This document shows, piece by piece, positions 62,226 to 64,000 of a stretch of DNA of 64,000 nt; position 1 is the first letter of the stretch; each line of letters opens with the position of its first letter. Source of the stretch: an uncultured Chloroflexia bacterium (lineage in GTDB: Bacteria; Chloroflexota; Limnocylindria; Limnocylindrales; CSP1-4); the NCBI GenBank assembly GCA_963763775.1, contig CAVXPZ010000003.1, positions 64,001 through 128,000 on the forward strand. The letters are read 5' to 3'. The translations under genes and the position numbers were made by a program. The notes under the pieces were generated by a model, which was given only the letters and a program-made list of their open reading frames with translations, had not been told where the DNA came from and did no database searches.

Positions 62226-63387
62226 TCGGGCGGTGGCTCCTCCGGCTCGCGGCCATCGCCTCGATCGGTCTGTCCATCGCGACGGTCGTGGCCGATGCGG
62301 CGCTCGGCTGGTCGACCGGCTGGTTCGACACGCTGTACGCGGCGATCATCGTCGTCTTCGCCGTGGTCGGCTGGCTGATCGCCGAGCGGCGGCCGGGCAA
62401 CGCCGTCGGACCCTTGCTGCTGCTGTTCGCGCTGCCGTTCGCGATCTACCTGCCCTCGAACCTGTACCTCCAGCTCGCGGCGTCGCCGCCCGGGGGAGCG
62501 TACGCGGCGCTGTTCAACACGGTCCTCGACGCGCCGATGTTCGTCATCCTGGCGCTCGTCCTGATCGTGTTCCCGGACGGCCGGCTCCCGTCGCCTCGCT
62601 GGCGGCCGGCGATCGCGCTCGGCGTCATCGGCATCGTGCTGCCCGATCCTCGGCTACACCCTGGACCCGAACCCGATGCCCATCTACCCCGCCTACACGA
62701 GTCCGTTGGGGATCGATGGCTTCCCTGGGCTGGGGCTCGTCTATCTCGGCTACGCGATCATGTTGCTCCTGCTCGGCGGCGCCGCCGTCGCCCTGACCTC
62801 TCGGTGGCGACGCGGCGATCCGATCGAGCGGACCCAGATCAAGTGGGTCGTTGCCGCTGCCGTGGTGACGCTGTTCGTCGAGATCATCAACGTCGCGACG
62901 TTCCGGGCGGACGAGCCGAATGCCCTGATCACCATCCTCGGCAGCGCGGCGATCGCGCTGGTCCCGGCCGCCATCGGCGTGGCCATCCTCCGATACCGAC
63001 TGTACGAGATCGACCGGATCATCAGCCGGACCATCGCGTATGCCGTGCTCACCGGCATCCTGGCCGCCGTGTTCGCCGGCGCGATCCTGCTGCTGCAGGG
63101 TGCGCTCTCGACGTTCACGCAGGGCCAGACCGTCGCGGTCGCGGCGTCGACGCTCGCGGTCTTCGCGCTGTTCCAGCCGCTCCGTCGGCGAGTCCAGTCC
63201 GTCGTCGACCATCGCTTCGACCGTGCCCGGTACGACGCTGAGCGGACCGCCGTCGCCTTCTCGGTCCGACTGCGCCACGAGGTCGATATGGAGACCGTGA
63301 CGTCGGACCTCGCGAGTACCACGCGGCTGACCGTCGCGCCGTCGTCCCTCGACCATCTGGATCCGACAGAAGGAGGTCGCCCGATGA
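62222..63387 (+). CDS. Polytopic sensor-like membrane protein, array copy 3, frameshifts near 62643 and 63353
   Basis: TTG start; RRPGNAVG, FPDGRLPSPRWR, ERTQIKW, LRYRLYEIDRIISRT, QPLRRRVQSVVDHRFDRARYD; corrected end SLDIWIRQKEVAR-stop. Confidence 0.78.
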
Positions 63388-64000
63388 CGCGAGCTCGCGC
63401 CGCCTGGGTCGTCGCGGTCGTCGCGATGCTCGCGTACGCCGCAGGGGCCATCCTCGACGCCTACACCGACCCCGTCGCGGTGCTGACGTTCGGTGTCGCC
63501 ATGGCGTCGTTCCTCGTGGTCGGCGCGATGATCACCGGACGCGTCCCGGACAACCGGATCGGACCGCTGTTCATGCTGGCCGGGACCATCCTGGCCGTCA
63601 GCGCCGTCACCGCGGCCTACGGTGACATCGGCTTGGCCCAAGATCCGCCGTGGCCGGGGTCGATCCTCGCCCTCGCGATCACGAACATCACCTTCATCTA
63701 CCCGATCATCATCGTGCTGATCTTCGTGCCGTTGGTCTTCCCGGACGGACACCTCCCGTCGCCTCGTTTCCGCTGGGTCGTGTGGCTCGCGATGGCGGCC
63801 CTCGCGGCGACCGCGGTGAACGACCTGTTCCGGACCCCGCTCCTCGGGGCCACCGACATCCCGAACCCGATGCGGGTCGAGTCGCTCCAGCCGCTCCTCG
63901 ACGTCCTGAACACCCTGGTCTCCCTGTCCTCGATCATCGGATTCGGCGGCGCCGCCGCGGCCGTGGTCGTCCGCTACCGTCGTGGCACACCCGTCGTGCG
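63384..64000 (+). CDS. Polytopic sensor-like membrane protein, array copy 4, truncated by window edge
   Basis: AGGAGGT RBS, ATG at 63384; RVPDNRIG, FPDGHLPSPRFR, NP, VRYRRG. Confidence 0.8.
   Translation, partial: MTRARAAWVVAVVAMLAYAAGAILDAYTDPVAVLTFGVAMASFLVVGAMITGRVPDNRIGPLFMLAGTILAVSAVTAAYGDIGLAQDPPWPGSILALAITNITFIYPIIIVLIFVPLVFPDGHLPSPRFRWVVWLAMAALAATAVNDLFRTPLLGATDIPNPMRVESLQPLLDVLNTLVSLSSIIGFGGAAAAVVVRYRRGTPVV

Noticed and set aside
62640-64000. In-frame fusion of array copies 3 and 4
   Set aside because: Removing one C near 63353 restores the family-type end (LDIWIR) and an ATGA overlap; a strong AGGAGGT SD precedes ATG 63384.

Overview
Very GC-rich, gene-dense bacterial chromosomal window with no rRNA, tRNA, CRISPR array or transposase that I can see. 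Gene content (LCP, teichoic-acid-type enzymes, DarA c-di-AMP receptor, UPF0182, GuaB3, F420-type nitroreductase, RskA/SigK, BTAD-AAA regulator) suggests a monoderm, most plausibly Chloroflexota (Limnocylindria-like) or Actinomycetota; this is inference. Layout: (1) 1-26 kb cell-envelope region with LCP, rdgB-rph-mazG, a 3-parvulin foldase, a wall-teichoic-acid-like cluster (2 TagF/TarB-family, TarI, SDR, TagGH), a 15-aa-repeat protein, DUF3048, GT4, Ppm1-like GT2, two secreted FlgD-Ig proteins (GH18 and a putative clan-CD cysteine peptidase), rmlABDC, mreBC and radC; (2) 27-45 kb with CPBP, zinc-ribbon membrane proteins, UPF0182, guaA, a truncated globin, an orphan 3-gene operon, a TAP-like hydrolase, guaB3, NUDIX and MFS; (3) 45-56 kb with darA, GGDEF, anti-sigma/ECF sigma, tmk, a Ni/Co transporter, tldDE and a cysteine-desulfurase-like gene; (4) 56.7-64 kb with a BTAD-AAA-TPR regulator divergent from a translationally coupled tandem array of at least 4 paralogous sensor-like membrane proteins with no output domain, plus a 29-codon deletion scar of a further copy. 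About 17 single-base frameshifts, mostly one extra base in a short homopolymer, look like sequencing errors rather than pseudogenes. The best candidates for something new are the membrane-paralog array with its regulator, the orphan operon with a possible RNA switch, the teichoic-acid-like locus, and the repeat and peptidase proteins.
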